From: Candidatus Latescibacterota bacterium
GTDB lineage: Bacteria; Latescibacterota; UBA2968; GCA-2709665
DNA: 64,000 nt
Reading direction: 5' to 3'
NCBI GenBank assembly: GCA_965116875.1
Contig: OZ220733.1
Coordinates: 512,001 to 576,000 of the forward strand
A program made the translations under genes and the position numbers. Shown here piece by piece: positions 29,240-39,018 of the stretch. The notes below the pieces were generated by a model. The model was not told the origin of the DNA and did not search any database. It worked only from the letters and a program-made list of their open reading frames with translations. The stretch's first letter is position 1. Each line of letters begins with the position of its first letter.

Positions 29240-30928
29240 CTACCCTTCATCTTCCGTCTCGATCGTATTCAGGATCGCGTCAACGTCCTCGCTTGCGGGT
29301 TCGGGGCTGAGAATACGCCATTTGTACTGGGTATCCCGTTTCCCCGCGCCCGCCGCGCGCAGCACCTCGGCTTCCGCCCATCCGGACCGCATCAGATGGA
29401 GGCACGGCGCCGCCAGCCTGCGGGAGCGCCGCTTCTCGGCGTACTCCAGATTGACGCCCGCCAGCGCGCGGTCAAGGTGGGGAATCACCTCGTTTTTCAG
29501 GAAATCCCGCGAGAACTCTCCCTTCAACTCCGCGTAGATCTCGTACCGGCGAGCCCCCACGCTTGCTACCACGCGGAACTGCTCGACCACGGAGACGTCA
29601 TACCGGCGTCGGACCTCTTCGAGCGCCAGAACGAGGTGATTCACGTGCATCTTCTCGCCCGTGATGCTCGTCATGTCACGGCCTTTACGGATGAAGGCCA
29701 GCAGCGGGGCGTTCCGGTAGAAACCGGTCACCTGTACGATGTCGTGAATATCGTACCGGTAGAGGCCTCCTGGGGTGGTCAGGAGCACCGCATAGTTCAC
29801 GCCGTCCTCCAGTTCATGGCTGGAAAGAACGTGTGGGTTGGCGTCATCCAATGAGGACTCGGGAATGAACTCGTAATAGTTCCCGTTCAGCGAGAGAATG
29901 CCCGATGCGGTATGGTCCCGGTTCGGAAGGGTAAAATGCCCTTCGCTGGCCAGAAAGCCCAGGTCTCGCGTGGGGACGTCGCCATAATACGCCGGCAGCT
30001 TCCGGGCCTGAACCCCCACACTGCCTCCCAGCCAGCACCCGATGAGTTTCAGGTCCGGCCAGCAATCCGCTGGAAGGAGCGATCCGGTCCGGTCCAATAC
30101 GCCCTCGAGTACCCTTGCGCGGTCCGGATCCGGTGCCATATTGGCGGACAGCTGTTCGGCAAGTTGCGGCTGGTCCGGCAGGTCGATGCCGGGCGTGCCC
30201 TCGTGAACCGCGCGAACGATGGCGTCGGCGTTATTGAGTGCAGTCTCCGCCAGGCGAATGAGCGTGCTTGGATTGGGTGTTCCGATGTACGAAACGCGCC
30301 TGGCCAACGCCAGACGCGCGGCCACGAAATAGCGGCGATCGTAGTCCTTGATCTCGGAAACCGCGTAGGGGATCGCGTAGGTGCCGCGGATCGGCCCGGG
30401 AATCCGCTGGTAGAGCATCCCGGACGCGCTGCCGTACGGAAGCCCCGAGGGGGTGCGACCCTCGATGGCCCGGCTTACGATGCCCACAAATGCGCCGTCC
30501 AGGAACCCCGGATGGTCCTGAAGCGCGCGATAGATCCACTCCAGAGAAAAACCGGACGCGAGACGCATGGACTCGCGTGTGACCGGGATGTACTTCGGTT
30601 CTCCCGTGGTCCCGCTCGTCATATTCAACATCCGGGGCGCGTCCGAAGTAAGGACCGCCTGCTCGCCGGCGATGATCCGGTTCACATACGGCCGCAGCCC
30701 TTCGTAATCTCTAACAGGTACCCGTGCGCGGTAGTCGGCTTCCGTGCGGATTGACGCGAAACCATGGTCCTTGCCGAATACGGTGTTGGCGTTGGCTTTC
30801 ACCAGGCGCATAAGGAAGGCGTTCTGCGCGGCGTGCGGGCGCTCGGCCGAGCGGTCGAGCTTGCGGGCGAGGGCGGATCCCTTCATCCGGATTATGGTCT
30901 TGACGAGCATTCCCATAACCTGTCCCAT
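29240..30928 (-). CDS. GH3 (auxin-responsive) family acyl-adenylate/amido synthetase
   Basis: TSGTTGEPKYIP P-loop, LASEG, YYEFIP, GGLYRYDIHD and GEK motifs. Confidence 0.9.
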   Translation of the reverse strand: MGQVMGMLVKTIIRMKGSALARKLDRSAERPHAAQNAFLMRLVKANANTVFGKDHGFASIRTEADYRARVPVRDYEGLRPYVNRIIAGEQAVLTSDAPRMLNMTSGTTGEPKYIPVTRESMRLASGFSLEWIYRALQDHPGFLDGAFVGIVSRAIEGRTPSGLPYGSASGMLYQRIPGPIRGTYAIPYAVSEIKDYDRRYFVAARLALARRVSYIGTPNPSTLIRLAETALNNADAIVRAVHEGTPGIDLPDQPQLAEQLSANMAPDPDRARVLEGVLDRTGSLLPADCWPDLKLIGCWLGGSVGVQARKLPAYYGDVPTRDLGFLASEGHFTLPNRDHTASGILSLNGNYYEFIPESSLDDANPHVLSSHELEDGVNYAVLLTTPGGLYRYDIHDIVQVTGFYRNAPLLAFIRKGRDMTSITGEKMHVNHLVLALEEVRRRYDVSVVEQFRVVASVGARRYEIYAELKGEFSRDFLKNEVIPHLDRALAGVNLEYAEKRRSRRLAAPCLHLMRSGWAEAEVLRAAGAGKRDTQYKWRILSPEPASEDVDAILNTIETEDEG

Positions 30929-30967
30929 AGAAGCTGTCTTAAAATCCTCACCAATATCCCTAAACAG

Positions 30968-32137
30968 CTACTTACCAAGAATCGTCGTGGTCTCCGCGTG
31001 GGCGCGAAGGACGTCATCGTTAACGTCGACGCCGAGCCCCGGATCCCGCAGCAGCGGCGCCCATCCGCCGCGGCCGAACGCAACGGATTCTTCAGACACG
31101 TCTTCCACGAGCAGCATGTTCCCGTAGGAGCCCTCCACGAACGATATCCGGTCGAGATGGGCAGCCAGGTGACGCCCGGCAGCCGAGAGGATGGCGGACT
31201 CTCCCACCTGGCAGCCGAGTTGCAGCCGCAGCCCGGCACGATCGGCCATTCGGGCGATCTCCAGCGTACGGACAAGACCGCCGCACTTGGAAATGCGCAG
31301 ATTAAAGAAATCGCATGCCCCCGACTGAATCAGCGCTTCCGCGTCGGCCAGGGTGACAAGGGATTCGTCAGCCATAATCGGAATTGGCGACCGGGAACGA
31401 ACACTCGCCAGCACCTCAGGATTGCCGCGGGGAATGGGCTGCTCGGCGCAGGCGATATCAAACGGCGCCAGGGCCTCGAGCGTCGCAACCGCTTCGTCAG
31501 GCGTGTACGCACAGTTCGCGTCGATCCTGAGCGAGACGTCGGGGCCCACCGTCTCACGGACGGCCGCGACGCGGTCTCGCCCATCCTCTCCGTCGATCTT
31601 TATTTTCACGTCCTGAAGCCCGAATTCCGCGCAGACCCGTGCGAGCCGGACCGCGCTATCGATGGAACCGCCGCTGATGACGCCGCTGTAGGTGACGGAG
31701 GCACGCCTGGGCCTTAGAATCTCGCCCAGTGACAGTCGACCGCGACGCAGCAGGAGGTCGAGCAGGGCGAGTTCGCAGGCGGTTCTGGCGGCGTGCCACG
31801 CGACCACGCCGGTGGCATCGCCGTCGGGCAGGTTCCGGCCCACCGGGTCCAGCGTGCGAACGGGGTCAGAGCCGGGATCCATCGCGGGAACCTCAGAATT
31901 CACGACGGAGGGCCAGAGACATTGCGCGATATGGTCGATGCAGCTCTCAACGGTCTCGCCCGTCACGTACGGGCGGGGCAGCCCTTCACCGTAGCCCACC
32001 GTGCCGTCCTCGGCTGTCAGGCGTACGACGACGGAGTCCGAGCGGGACCGCACCGAAGCGCTGTGTCCGAAGGCCTCTACGAAAGGAATCCGGAGGGCGA
32101 AGCATGTTGCGCCAACAATCTTCATCTCGATCCTCAA
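30968..32137 (-). CDS. Enolase superfamily, MLE/dipeptide-epimerase-like enzyme
   Basis: GYGEG.PR.YVTGE, KIK, DAN, EQP, ADES, NLRISKCGG and GCQVGE motifs. Confidence 0.87.
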   Translation of the reverse strand: MRIEMKIVGATCFALRIPFVEAFGHSASVRSRSDSVVVRLTAEDGTVGYGEGLPRPYVTGETVESCIDHIAQCLWPSVVNSEVPAMDPGSDPVRTLDPVGRNLPDGDATGVVAWHAARTACELALLDLLLRRGRLSLGEILRPRRASVTYSGVISGGSIDSAVRLARVCAEFGLQDVKIKIDGEDGRDRVAAVRETVGPDVSLRIDANCAYTPDEAVATLEALAPFDIACAEQPIPRGNPEVLASVRSRSPIPIMADESLVTLADAEALIQSGACDFFNLRISKCGGLVRTLEIARMADRAGLRLQLGCQVGESAILSAAGRHLAAHLDRISFVEGSYGNMLLVEDVSEESVAFGRGGWAPLLRDPGLGVDVNDDVLRAHAETTTILGK

Positions 32138-32838
32138 AGCGGGGCGAGGCCGCAGCGTCCCGACCGCAGCCGCATCGCAGACCGGATGCCCTGGAGTTCC
32201 CTGACAGACGAAATCGTGACATCGGGTATCTCGGCGGCGCGCCGCGGCGTCTGAAACCGTGAAAAACCCTGCAAAACGCGCATGGTCAAACAGCCGTGAG
32301 ATTTGGCAGGGCCGATATCGTTATCCAGCCGGTCGCCAACCATCAATATGCCGTCGGGTGCGCACCCCGCCCGGGAAATCGCGGCGCCGAATACCCTCGG
32401 ATCAGGCTTGGAAATGCCGAGTTCAGCGGATGCCAGAACAACGGAAAACCGGTCCCTGATCCCCCAGTCCGAAAGCCGTTTCTCCGTCCCTTCGGACTGG
32501 TTGGCGATAACGCCAAGCCTGAATTTCCGCGATAGGATCTCAAGTGTCTCCGGTACGCCAGGGTACAAACCTTCCAGTTCTTTCGCATAACGCACAGCGC
32601 CTGCAACCGCGCGCCGCTGTTCCTCCGTCAGATCGAGACGCGCCAGCATCGCGCGAAACGGGCTTGGCGCGAAATTCGTCGCCGCCTGCTCGCACAATTC
32701 CATGAGTTCGTCCACGGAATGGTCCATCCCAAACCCCCGGACACGCTCGCACACGCCCTTGAGACGCGCCCGGTGCGCCCGGGTTTCGTCAACCAGCGTC
32801 CAGCCCAGATCCAGAAAGATCCACTCGATGTTGGTCAT
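32134..32838 (-). CDS. HAD family hydrolase
   Basis: FLDLGWTLVD (motif I variant), KPDPRVF and MVGDRLDND motifs. Confidence 0.87.
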   Translation of the reverse strand: MTNIEWIFLDLGWTLVDETRAHRARLKGVCERVRGFGMDHSVDELMELCEQAATNFAPSPFRAMLARLDLTEEQRRAVAGAVRYAKELEGLYPGVPETLEILSRKFRLGVIANQSEGTEKRLSDWGIRDRFSVVLASAELGISKPDPRVFGAAISRAGCAPDGILMVGDRLDNDIGPAKSHGCLTMRVLQGFSRFQTPRRAAEIPDVTISSVRELQGIRSAMRLRSGRCGLAPL

Positions 32839-32921
32839 GGGCGGGGTGACTCCGTTGCGGCGGCTCAATCACATCTTCGGCACTGATGACGGGCCCCCGC
32901 GTCCACAGTTCCGCCAGACAG

Positions 32922-32950
32922 TTGACAGCCGGATTGGATTGCAATATACT
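32922..32950 (+). promoter_or_regulatory. Sigma70 promoter for the thermonuclease gene
   Basis: TTGACA-17 nt-TATACT. Confidence 0.65.
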
Positions 32951-32980
32951 GATGCGTTTCCATTTCTCAAGCCATATCAA

Positions 32981-33142
32981 GAAGCTGTTTTAAAACTCCC
33001 AGCGGTCTTCGCGCGGCTGCAAAAGCGCCGGTCGGCGTTGGTCAAACCCACCCGTATAGACAAATATGGGCGGGTTTTCCCGCCTTGACCGCAACTTTTT
33101 CGCTCGCGCTCGGAAACTCACCGGTAAATTTAAAACAACTTC
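32981..33142 (+). mobile_element. MITE family A, copy 2 (162 bp)
   Basis: Same length and nearly the same sequence as 3719-3880; flanks CAA/TAA. Confidence 0.85.
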
Positions 33143-33155
33143 TAAGGAGCGTGTT

Positions 33156-33554
33156 ATGGTATGGATTTTCGTTTTTCTCGGCCTGTTTTCACCGGTCGAA
33201 GGGAAGCAGTCTCTGTACGCCAGGCACGAGGCGACGGTGATTTCCGTGTACGACGGAGACACGATGACCGTTGACGTGGTCCTGTGGCCGGGTCTGACGT
33301 GGCGAGGGAAGGTGCGGGTGCGGGGTGTGGATACGCCGGAGATTCAGACGAAGAGCGAAGCCGAAAAGAGACGCGCACTGCTGGCGCGCGACTTCGTCCG
33401 GGAACGGATCGGGAAAACCGTATATCTGGAAGACGTGAAGCTGGGCAACTTCTCCGGGCGCGTCGTGGCCACGGTCAGGCTGCAGGACGGGTCCAACCTC
33501 GCGAAGGTCCTGATCCGGGAGGGACACGGGGAGGCGTATAAGCGGAGAAGATGA
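33156..33554 (+). CDS. Thermonuclease (SNase-like) family protein
   Basis: Hydrophobic N-terminus; VYDGDT, VRVRGVDTPE and GRVVA motifs; AAGGAG RBS. Confidence 0.88.
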   Translation: MVWIFVFLGLFSPVEGKQSLYARHEATVISVYDGDTMTVDVVLWPGLTWRGKVRVRGVDTPEIQTKSEAEKRRALLARDFVRERIGKTVYLEDVKLGNFSGRVVATVRLQDGSNLAKVLIREGHGEAYKRRR

Positions 33555-33721
33555 AAAGGAAGAAGGAAAAACGAAGAAGGAAGAAGGAAAAGTCGGTAAC
33601 TCTTGCATATGTGACGCGGGTGATTGGACTGTTGTCGTGTGAGACGAGGAGTTGGGCGCGGGGCGGTCCTTTTCCTTCTTCATTCTTCCTTCCCGCTTTC
33701 AACGAGCCCGGCGCGTGGTTT

Positions 33722-34465
33722 TTACTTGAGAGAGATAATCTCCCGCTGTGACGGGCTGAGGCGGTCGGCCAGGCCGGGGCTGAATTTCAGGTGCTGGCCG
33801 CCCCAATCGGGCATATAGCCGATGCTGTAGCAATAATACAGCGAGCGACGCGGGCGTCCGGACACGTTCACGGTGGACCCGTGGGTGAGCGCTTCGGTGA
33901 ACAGAATGGCGTCCCCCGCGCGCGCCGGAACCGCCTGCAGGGGAGGGTTATCGTTGGGATGGCCGCCCCATGGCCTCGCGAAATTGCTCTTGTGCGCCCC
34001 GGGAATCACCGCGAAGCAGCCGTCTTCCGGGCCGCAATCCAGCATGGGGAAGACCGCTTTCGTCAGCGTTGACACCATCTGGCCGTTGCGGCAATGATAC
34101 TGGCACTTGGGGAGAATCGGCGTGCCGTGCATGTGCATCCCCGTATAGCCCCCGCCCCACCGATAGATCGTGTAGGTGTGGTTCAGGCGATACGGCCCGC
34201 CGGTAACGCATTCGACCGCATCCAGCAATCCGGGAAGTTCCATCAACGGCAGAAACGCGTCGTCGCCCTCCATGATGTTCGAAATATAGAGGTTTTCCGG
34301 CGTGCGATCCTGGCCCAACACCAGCGGTGCAGGATAATCCTCCGGATCCATGGCCTCGAACCGGTCGAGTGCGGCATTGCAGGCCGCCACCGTTTCCGGC
34401 GGCACGATCTGCTCGAGGACGATATAGCCCTGCAAATCGAAAAGGTACTTCTGTTCCTGGTCCAT
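33722..34465 (-). CDS. Phytanoyl-CoA dioxygenase (PhyH)-like Fe(II)/2OG enzyme
   Basis: YLFDLQGY, IPGAHK, AGDAILFTEALTHG and RR.L motifs; HxH in place of HxD. Confidence 0.85.
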   Translation of the reverse strand: MDQEQKYLFDLQGYIVLEQIVPPETVAACNAALDRFEAMDPEDYPAPLVLGQDRTPENLYISNIMEGDDAFLPLMELPGLLDAVECVTGGPYRLNHTYTIYRWGGGYTGMHMHGTPILPKCQYHCRNGQMVSTLTKAVFPMLDCGPEDGCFAVIPGAHKSNFARPWGGHPNDNPPLQAVPARAGDAILFTEALTHGSTVNVSGRPRRSLYYCYSIGYMPDWGGQHLKFSPGLADRLSPSQREIISLK

Positions 34466-34515
34466 CGTGCCTCCTCGTACGCCAGATCAACTCACCATAC
34501 AACACGGGTAATCCA

Positions 34516-35697
34516 ATGTCAAATCCCAACGTCCAGCCGCTCGCCCAGGATTTCGTCATTGCGGCTCAGGTACCGGACCCGATGCAGTATTTTTTCCACG
34601 ATCCCGATCTCACACGCCTGGACGACGGCACCCTGCTGCTGGCCGCGCCGCAATGGCACCGCCCGGGCCGGGACCATTCCCGCCGTCTGCGACTTCTGCG
34701 AAGCGACGACGGAGGGCTCTCATGGGTGGAACTCCCGGGCCTGCCCTACGAAGAGGCCACGCCCTTCGTACTGGACGGACAACTCCTCATGTTCGTGCAG
34801 GAAACATGCCACAAGGATTTTCTGGTCGTGGCCAGCAACGACAGAGGCGAAACCTGGAGCGATCCCAGTACCGTGATCGAAGGCCCCGTCTGGAATATCT
34901 CCACGTCCCGGGTTCTCCGTCCCGAGGCCCTCTACTGGGCGATGGACTACGACCTGCCCGGCCATGGTCACGGCGGGAAGACGATGCTCCGTCTGAATCG
35001 GAGCATGTCACCCATGGATCCGGGAGCATGGACGTTGTCCAACATCGTTCGCCAGCCGGAAATCCCGGCGGCGATGACCAGAAACCTCTTCCCGGACGGC
35101 AACCGCCCGCAACTGGCCGGCGGCTGGAGGGACCCTCTCGTGTGGCTGGAGCCCAATACCGTCGAAGTTCGAGGCCGAATACGCGCTTTCTGCCGCTGCG
35201 TTTTTGACGAATACGCGGCGGCCCACATTGCGGCGGTATTCGACTACGATCCCGATGCGCACCAACTGAGCTTTACGCAGTTCGCCGCGTGGCCGGGAGC
35301 ACAGTGTAAGTTCTACGTCATCCACGACCGTTCAGCATCCATGTACTGGATGTTGAGCAACCTCATCACGAACTCCCAGGACCTGCTTGGCTGGGCAGAA
35401 AGAATGCGCGAGACCGGATATCACGGAGGCCCGGGAAACGAACGGCGGTGGCTCTACCTCCATTATGGAATCGACTGCCTCAACTGGTTCCCGGCCGGTT
35501 GCGTGGCCCGCTGGCCCGATAACGCCTACCGCAGCTTCATGTATCCCAGCGCCGTCGTGGACGGGGACGACATCGTGGTGCTTTCGCGCACCAGCCGGGA
35601 TTCCGGCGACCAGCACGACGCCGATCTCTGCACGATCCACCGCATTCGAGACTACCGCAGTCTGGCCATGGACCTCCACGCGGGCGGCCTGCACTGA
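34516..35697 (+). CDS. BNR/Asp-box sialidase-like beta-propeller protein
   Basis: Asp-boxes SDDGGLSW and SNDRGETW; WLEP; start placed at MSNPNVQ. Confidence 0.7.
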   Translation: MSNPNVQPLAQDFVIAAQVPDPMQYFFHDPDLTRLDDGTLLLAAPQWHRPGRDHSRRLRLLRSDDGGLSWVELPGLPYEEATPFVLDGQLLMFVQETCHKDFLVVASNDRGETWSDPSTVIEGPVWNISTSRVLRPEALYWAMDYDLPGHGHGGKTMLRLNRSMSPMDPGAWTLSNIVRQPEIPAAMTRNLFPDGNRPQLAGGWRDPLVWLEPNTVEVRGRIRAFCRCVFDEYAAAHIAAVFDYDPDAHQLSFTQFAAWPGAQCKFYVIHDRSASMYWMLSNLITNSQDLLGWAERMRETGYHGGPGNERRWLYLHYGIDCLNWFPAGCVARWPDNAYRSFMYPSAVVDGDDIVVLSRTSRDSGDQHDADLCTIHRIRDYRSLAMDLHAGGLH

Positions 35698-35703
35698 GCG
35701 CAT

Positions 35704-36432
35704 TCACGTTTTTGCCAGGATTTCCAGGTACGCCCGTACCGTGTTCGCCAGCCCCATCTCCAGCGCTTCGCCGATGAGCGCGTGGCCGATCGAAACTTCC
35801 AGTACGCCGGGAATGGAACAGAACCTGCCCAGGTTTTCCAGGCTCAGATCGTGTCCCGCATTGACGCCAAGGCCCGCGTCCTGAGCGATCGCAGCCGCCC
35901 TGGCATATCCCTCGAAAACCGCCTCCAGGTCCTTGTTCTCCCGAAACGCGTCCGCATAGGGCTCCGTGTAGAGCTCGATCCGGTCCGCCCCCACAAGCGC
36001 GGCCCGCGGGATCTCATCCGAGTCATAGTCCATAAACAGGCTTACGCGGCTTCCTATCGACTTCAACTCCCCAATGATCGGCGCCAGGCGGTCTCCGTCC
36101 TTCGTAAGGTCCCAGCCGTGATCGGAAGTAAACGCGTCCGGCGTGTCCGGTACCAGCGTGCATTGCGTTGGCTTTACGCTTCGCACGATGTCCAGGTATC
36201 CGGCCTCGAAGGGGTTCCCCTCGATATTGAACTCCACGTCCGTAACGAGCGCATTCAACTCATACACATCCGAGGGCCTGATATGCCGCTGGTCGGGCCG
36301 GGGATGGACGGTAATTCCGTATGCTCCGGCATCGATGCAGATCTGAGCGGCCCGCGTCACGCTGGGGATACCGATGGTGCGCGTATTCCGGAGCAGCGCC
36401 ACCTTGTTGACGTTTACGCTGAGTCGGGTCAT
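35704..36432 (-). CDS. pdxJ: Pyridoxine 5'-phosphate synthase
   Basis: [36 protein letters not shown] and EVSIGHALI motifs. Confidence 0.95.
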   Translation of the reverse strand: MTRLSVNVNKVALLRNTRTIGIPSVTRAAQICIDAGAYGITVHPRPDQRHIRPSDVYELNALVTDVEFNIEGNPFEAGYLDIVRSVKPTQCTLVPDTPDAFTSDHGWDLTKDGDRLAPIIGELKSIGSRVSLFMDYDSDEIPRAALVGADRIELYTEPYADAFRENKDLEAVFEGYARAAAIAQDAGLGVNAGHDLSLENLGRFCSIPGVLEVSIGHALIGEALEMGLANTVRAYLEILAKT

Positions 36433-36719
36433 GACAATCGCCTTTCGCGGTCGCCGGTTCCATGTTTCGATCAGTATGACCAAAGTAAGTCGATGAGAAA
36501 GAAATATAGCGCCTTCGAAATCCGATTTCAAGGATCAATCATGCGTTTGTGCGCCGTAACGGCATCCGTCAACGCCAGGTCTTTCTCGCCAGGCATCACG
36601 TTTCTCCGGTGGGCAAAACCCTTGCAGAATGGCAATGCGCTCCGTTATATTGACTGACGCGCCGGTATGGGAGGTGAACCGAAGAGAATTCCTTCCAATG
36701 GACTGAATCTGTGACGACC

Positions 36720-37298
36720 ATGTCCAGTCCACAACTTGCTGTGATCGGAGGACCCAATGGTTCGGGTAAGACCACAGCAGCCCCCCGGCTGTTGAGGGAT
36801 ACGCTCCATTTGGTCGAATTTGTCAACGCCGATGCCATTGCAGCCGGACTGTCCGGATTTCGGCCGGAATCAGCGGCTATTCATGCGGGACGCGTTATGT
36901 TGCGCCGCCTCCGCCAGTTGGCGTCGAAACGGGAGGACTTCGCGTTTGAGTCGACGCTCGCGAGCCGCGGTCTCGCACCCTGGATTCGTCGCCTCAAACA
37001 AGATGGATACCTCTTTCATCTGGCCTATTTGTGGTTGCCGAAACCGGAAATAGCGATTGCCAGGGTGGCTGAGCGTGTCCGCGCGGGTGGCCATCATGTC
37101 CCGGAGACCACCATTCGCCGACGGTACGATTCGGGGCTTCGGAATTTCTTCGGTTTATATCGTCCCATTGCGACCAATTGGCGCTTTTACAACAATGCGG
37201 CAGCTTCTGGGCCCCGCCTTGTTGCAATGGGGAAAGGTGTTTTCGACCTCGAAGTCCGCGATGTTGAACTATGGAAACGCATCAGAAGGGACGTATGA
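36720..37298 (+). CDS. Zeta-toxin/AAA_33-like P-loop kinase
   Basis: GPNGSGKT, VNADAIA, ESTL and RV..GGH.VP...IRRRY motifs. Confidence 0.85.
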   Translation: MSSPQLAVIGGPNGSGKTTAAPRLLRDTLHLVEFVNADAIAAGLSGFRPESAAIHAGRVMLRRLRQLASKREDFAFESTLASRGLAPWIRRLKQDGYLFHLAYLWLPKPEIAIARVAERVRAGGHHVPETTIRRRYDSGLRNFFGLYRPIATNWRFYNNAAASGPRLVAMGKGVFDLEVRDVELWKRIRRDV

Positions 37299-37302
37299 AA
37301 TC

Positions 37303-37512
37303 ATGAAAAAGTTACCTCGAAAGGACATTGGCCAGCTCTTCGAAGAAGGCACACCGATTGACAATGCATTGAGAGAAGCTGTGCGCGATGCCGTATTACA
37401 ACACAAACGCAACGGCAATCCGATCGCAGACTGGCAAGACGGTAGAGTTGTATGGATCCCCGCCGATCAGATCGAGGTGGACGTGGATACCGATCAGGAA
37501 ACCAATGGATGA
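37303..37512 (+). CDS. Small partner protein of the zeta-like kinase
   Basis: ALREAVRDAVLQHKRNGNPIADWQDGRVVWIP, typical of small genes following this ATPase family. Confidence 0.65.
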   Translation: MKKLPRKDIGQLFEEGTPIDNALREAVRDAVLQHKRNGNPIADWQDGRVVWIPADQIEVDVDTDQETNG

Positions 37513-38951
37513 ACCCCGCCAATCTACTCTTTGTCCTTTCCGACCAGCACACACGAGACATCACGGAGTGCTACGGCCATCCGGTCGTGAGGACACCGAA
37601 CATCGACAGTCTCGCACGGCGAGGCGCCCGCTTTTCCAGCGCCTATACGAACTGCCCCATCTGCGTGCCCGCCCGCGCCGCGCTGGCCACCGGGCGATAC
37701 GTCCATCAGACGGGCAACTGGGACAACGCGTTCGCTTACGATGGCAGCATACCCGGTTGGGGCCATCGTCTCCGGGAGCAGGGATTTCACGTCGCATCTA
37801 TCGGCAAACTGCACTTCCGCGCCGCAAAGGACGACAACGGCTTTTCCCGGGAGATCGATCCGCTTCACGTCGTGGACGGCGTGGGGGATATATTGAGTTG
37901 CATCCGGGAACAGCCGCCGTTTCGAGACAAACGTTCGGCGATTCTCAACGCCGGCCCAGGAGATTCCACCTATCTTCAGTACGACGTTTCGAATGCCGAC
38001 CGCGCGTGCGCCTGGCTTACTGAGCACCGGCACGATGATAGGCCATGGGTATTGTTTCTGTCGTTCGTCTGCCCCCATCCGCCCTACGTCGCGCCGCCGG
38101 AGCTCTTTGAATCCTACCCGCCGGAATCGCTCCCTCTGCCCCACCGGTGGCATCCGGACGACTGGCCCGATCATCCCGCCATACGCCGGTTCCGCCGGTT
38201 CTTCCATTACGACCGTCCCTTTGCCGAAAGCGAACTGCGTAACGTCACGGCTGCCTATTACGGGGCCTGCACGCATCTGGACCGCCAGGTCGGCCGCGTA
38301 TTGAACGCGCTCGCGGACAACGAACTGTCTGACACCACACGGGTCCTCTACACGTCGGACCACGGTGAATCCCTGGGCGCGCGCGGACTCTTCGGGAAAT
38401 TCACGATGTACGAGGAAGCCGCCTCCGTCCCGCTCATCCTGGCCGGCCCCGGCGTTCCACAGGGCCGGGTCGTCCATACGCCGGTTTCCCTGGTGGACTG
38501 CTTTCCCACGGTGCTGGAATGCGCCGGCGCCACGCCGGAAGGCAAGCCCCTCTCCGGACGTTCCCTGTGGCAGATCGCCAGGAGCGCCGACGAGAATCGA
38601 ACCGTATTCAGCGAATACCACGCCGTCGGGTCCCGCAATGCCGCATACATGCTCCGAGATCGCACGTGGAAGTACATACACTACGTGGACGAGCCGCCGC
38701 AGCTATTCAATCTCGAAGACGATCCGGCTGAAACCACAGACCTCTCGGGTTCTCCGGACCATCAGTCCACCCTGGCGTCGTTCGAGCGGCGGCTGCGCGA
38801 ACTTCTGGATCCCGAAGCCACGGATGCGCGCGCCAAAGCGGACCAACTGGCGAAAATCGCATCTTTCGGCGGCGAAGACGCCGTTCGGAACAGGGGCGCC
38901 TTCGACAACTCACCGGTGCCCGGCGAAGCGCCGGCCTTCCGGGTCCACTGA
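37509..38951 (+). CDS. Sulfatase (choline-sulfatase-like)
   Basis: SDQH, CVPAR formylglycine motif, GKLH, PHPP and TSDHGE motifs. Confidence 0.92.
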   Translation: MNPANLLFVLSDQHTRDITECYGHPVVRTPNIDSLARRGARFSSAYTNCPICVPARAALATGRYVHQTGNWDNAFAYDGSIPGWGHRLREQGFHVASIGKLHFRAAKDDNGFSREIDPLHVVDGVGDILSCIREQPPFRDKRSAILNAGPGDSTYLQYDVSNADRACAWLTEHRHDDRPWVLFLSFVCPHPPYVAPPELFESYPPESLPLPHRWHPDDWPDHPAIRRFRRFFHYDRPFAESELRNVTAAYYGACTHLDRQVGRVLNALADNELSDTTRVLYTSDHGESLGARGLFGKFTMYEEAASVPLILAGPGVPQGRVVHTPVSLVDCFPTVLECAGATPEGKPLSGRSLWQIARSADENRTVFSEYHAVGSRNAAYMLRDRTWKYIHYVDEPPQLFNLEDDPAETTDLSGSPDHQSTLASFERRLRELLDPEATDARAKADQLAKIASFGGEDAVRNRGAFDNSPVPGEAPAFRVH

Positions 38952-39018
38952 CCGGCGCGAGGAAGAATGGAACCACTCGTGTACGACAACGCCGGAATTG
39001 AAAACAGGGAGTGCGACC

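Noticed and set aside
33066-33155. Shared N-termini MGGF.RL.R...ARAR.LTG.FKT in ORFs 3804 and 33066 as a protein domain
   Set aside because: They are translations of MITE-A DNA; the nuclease has its own RBS and ATG at 33156.
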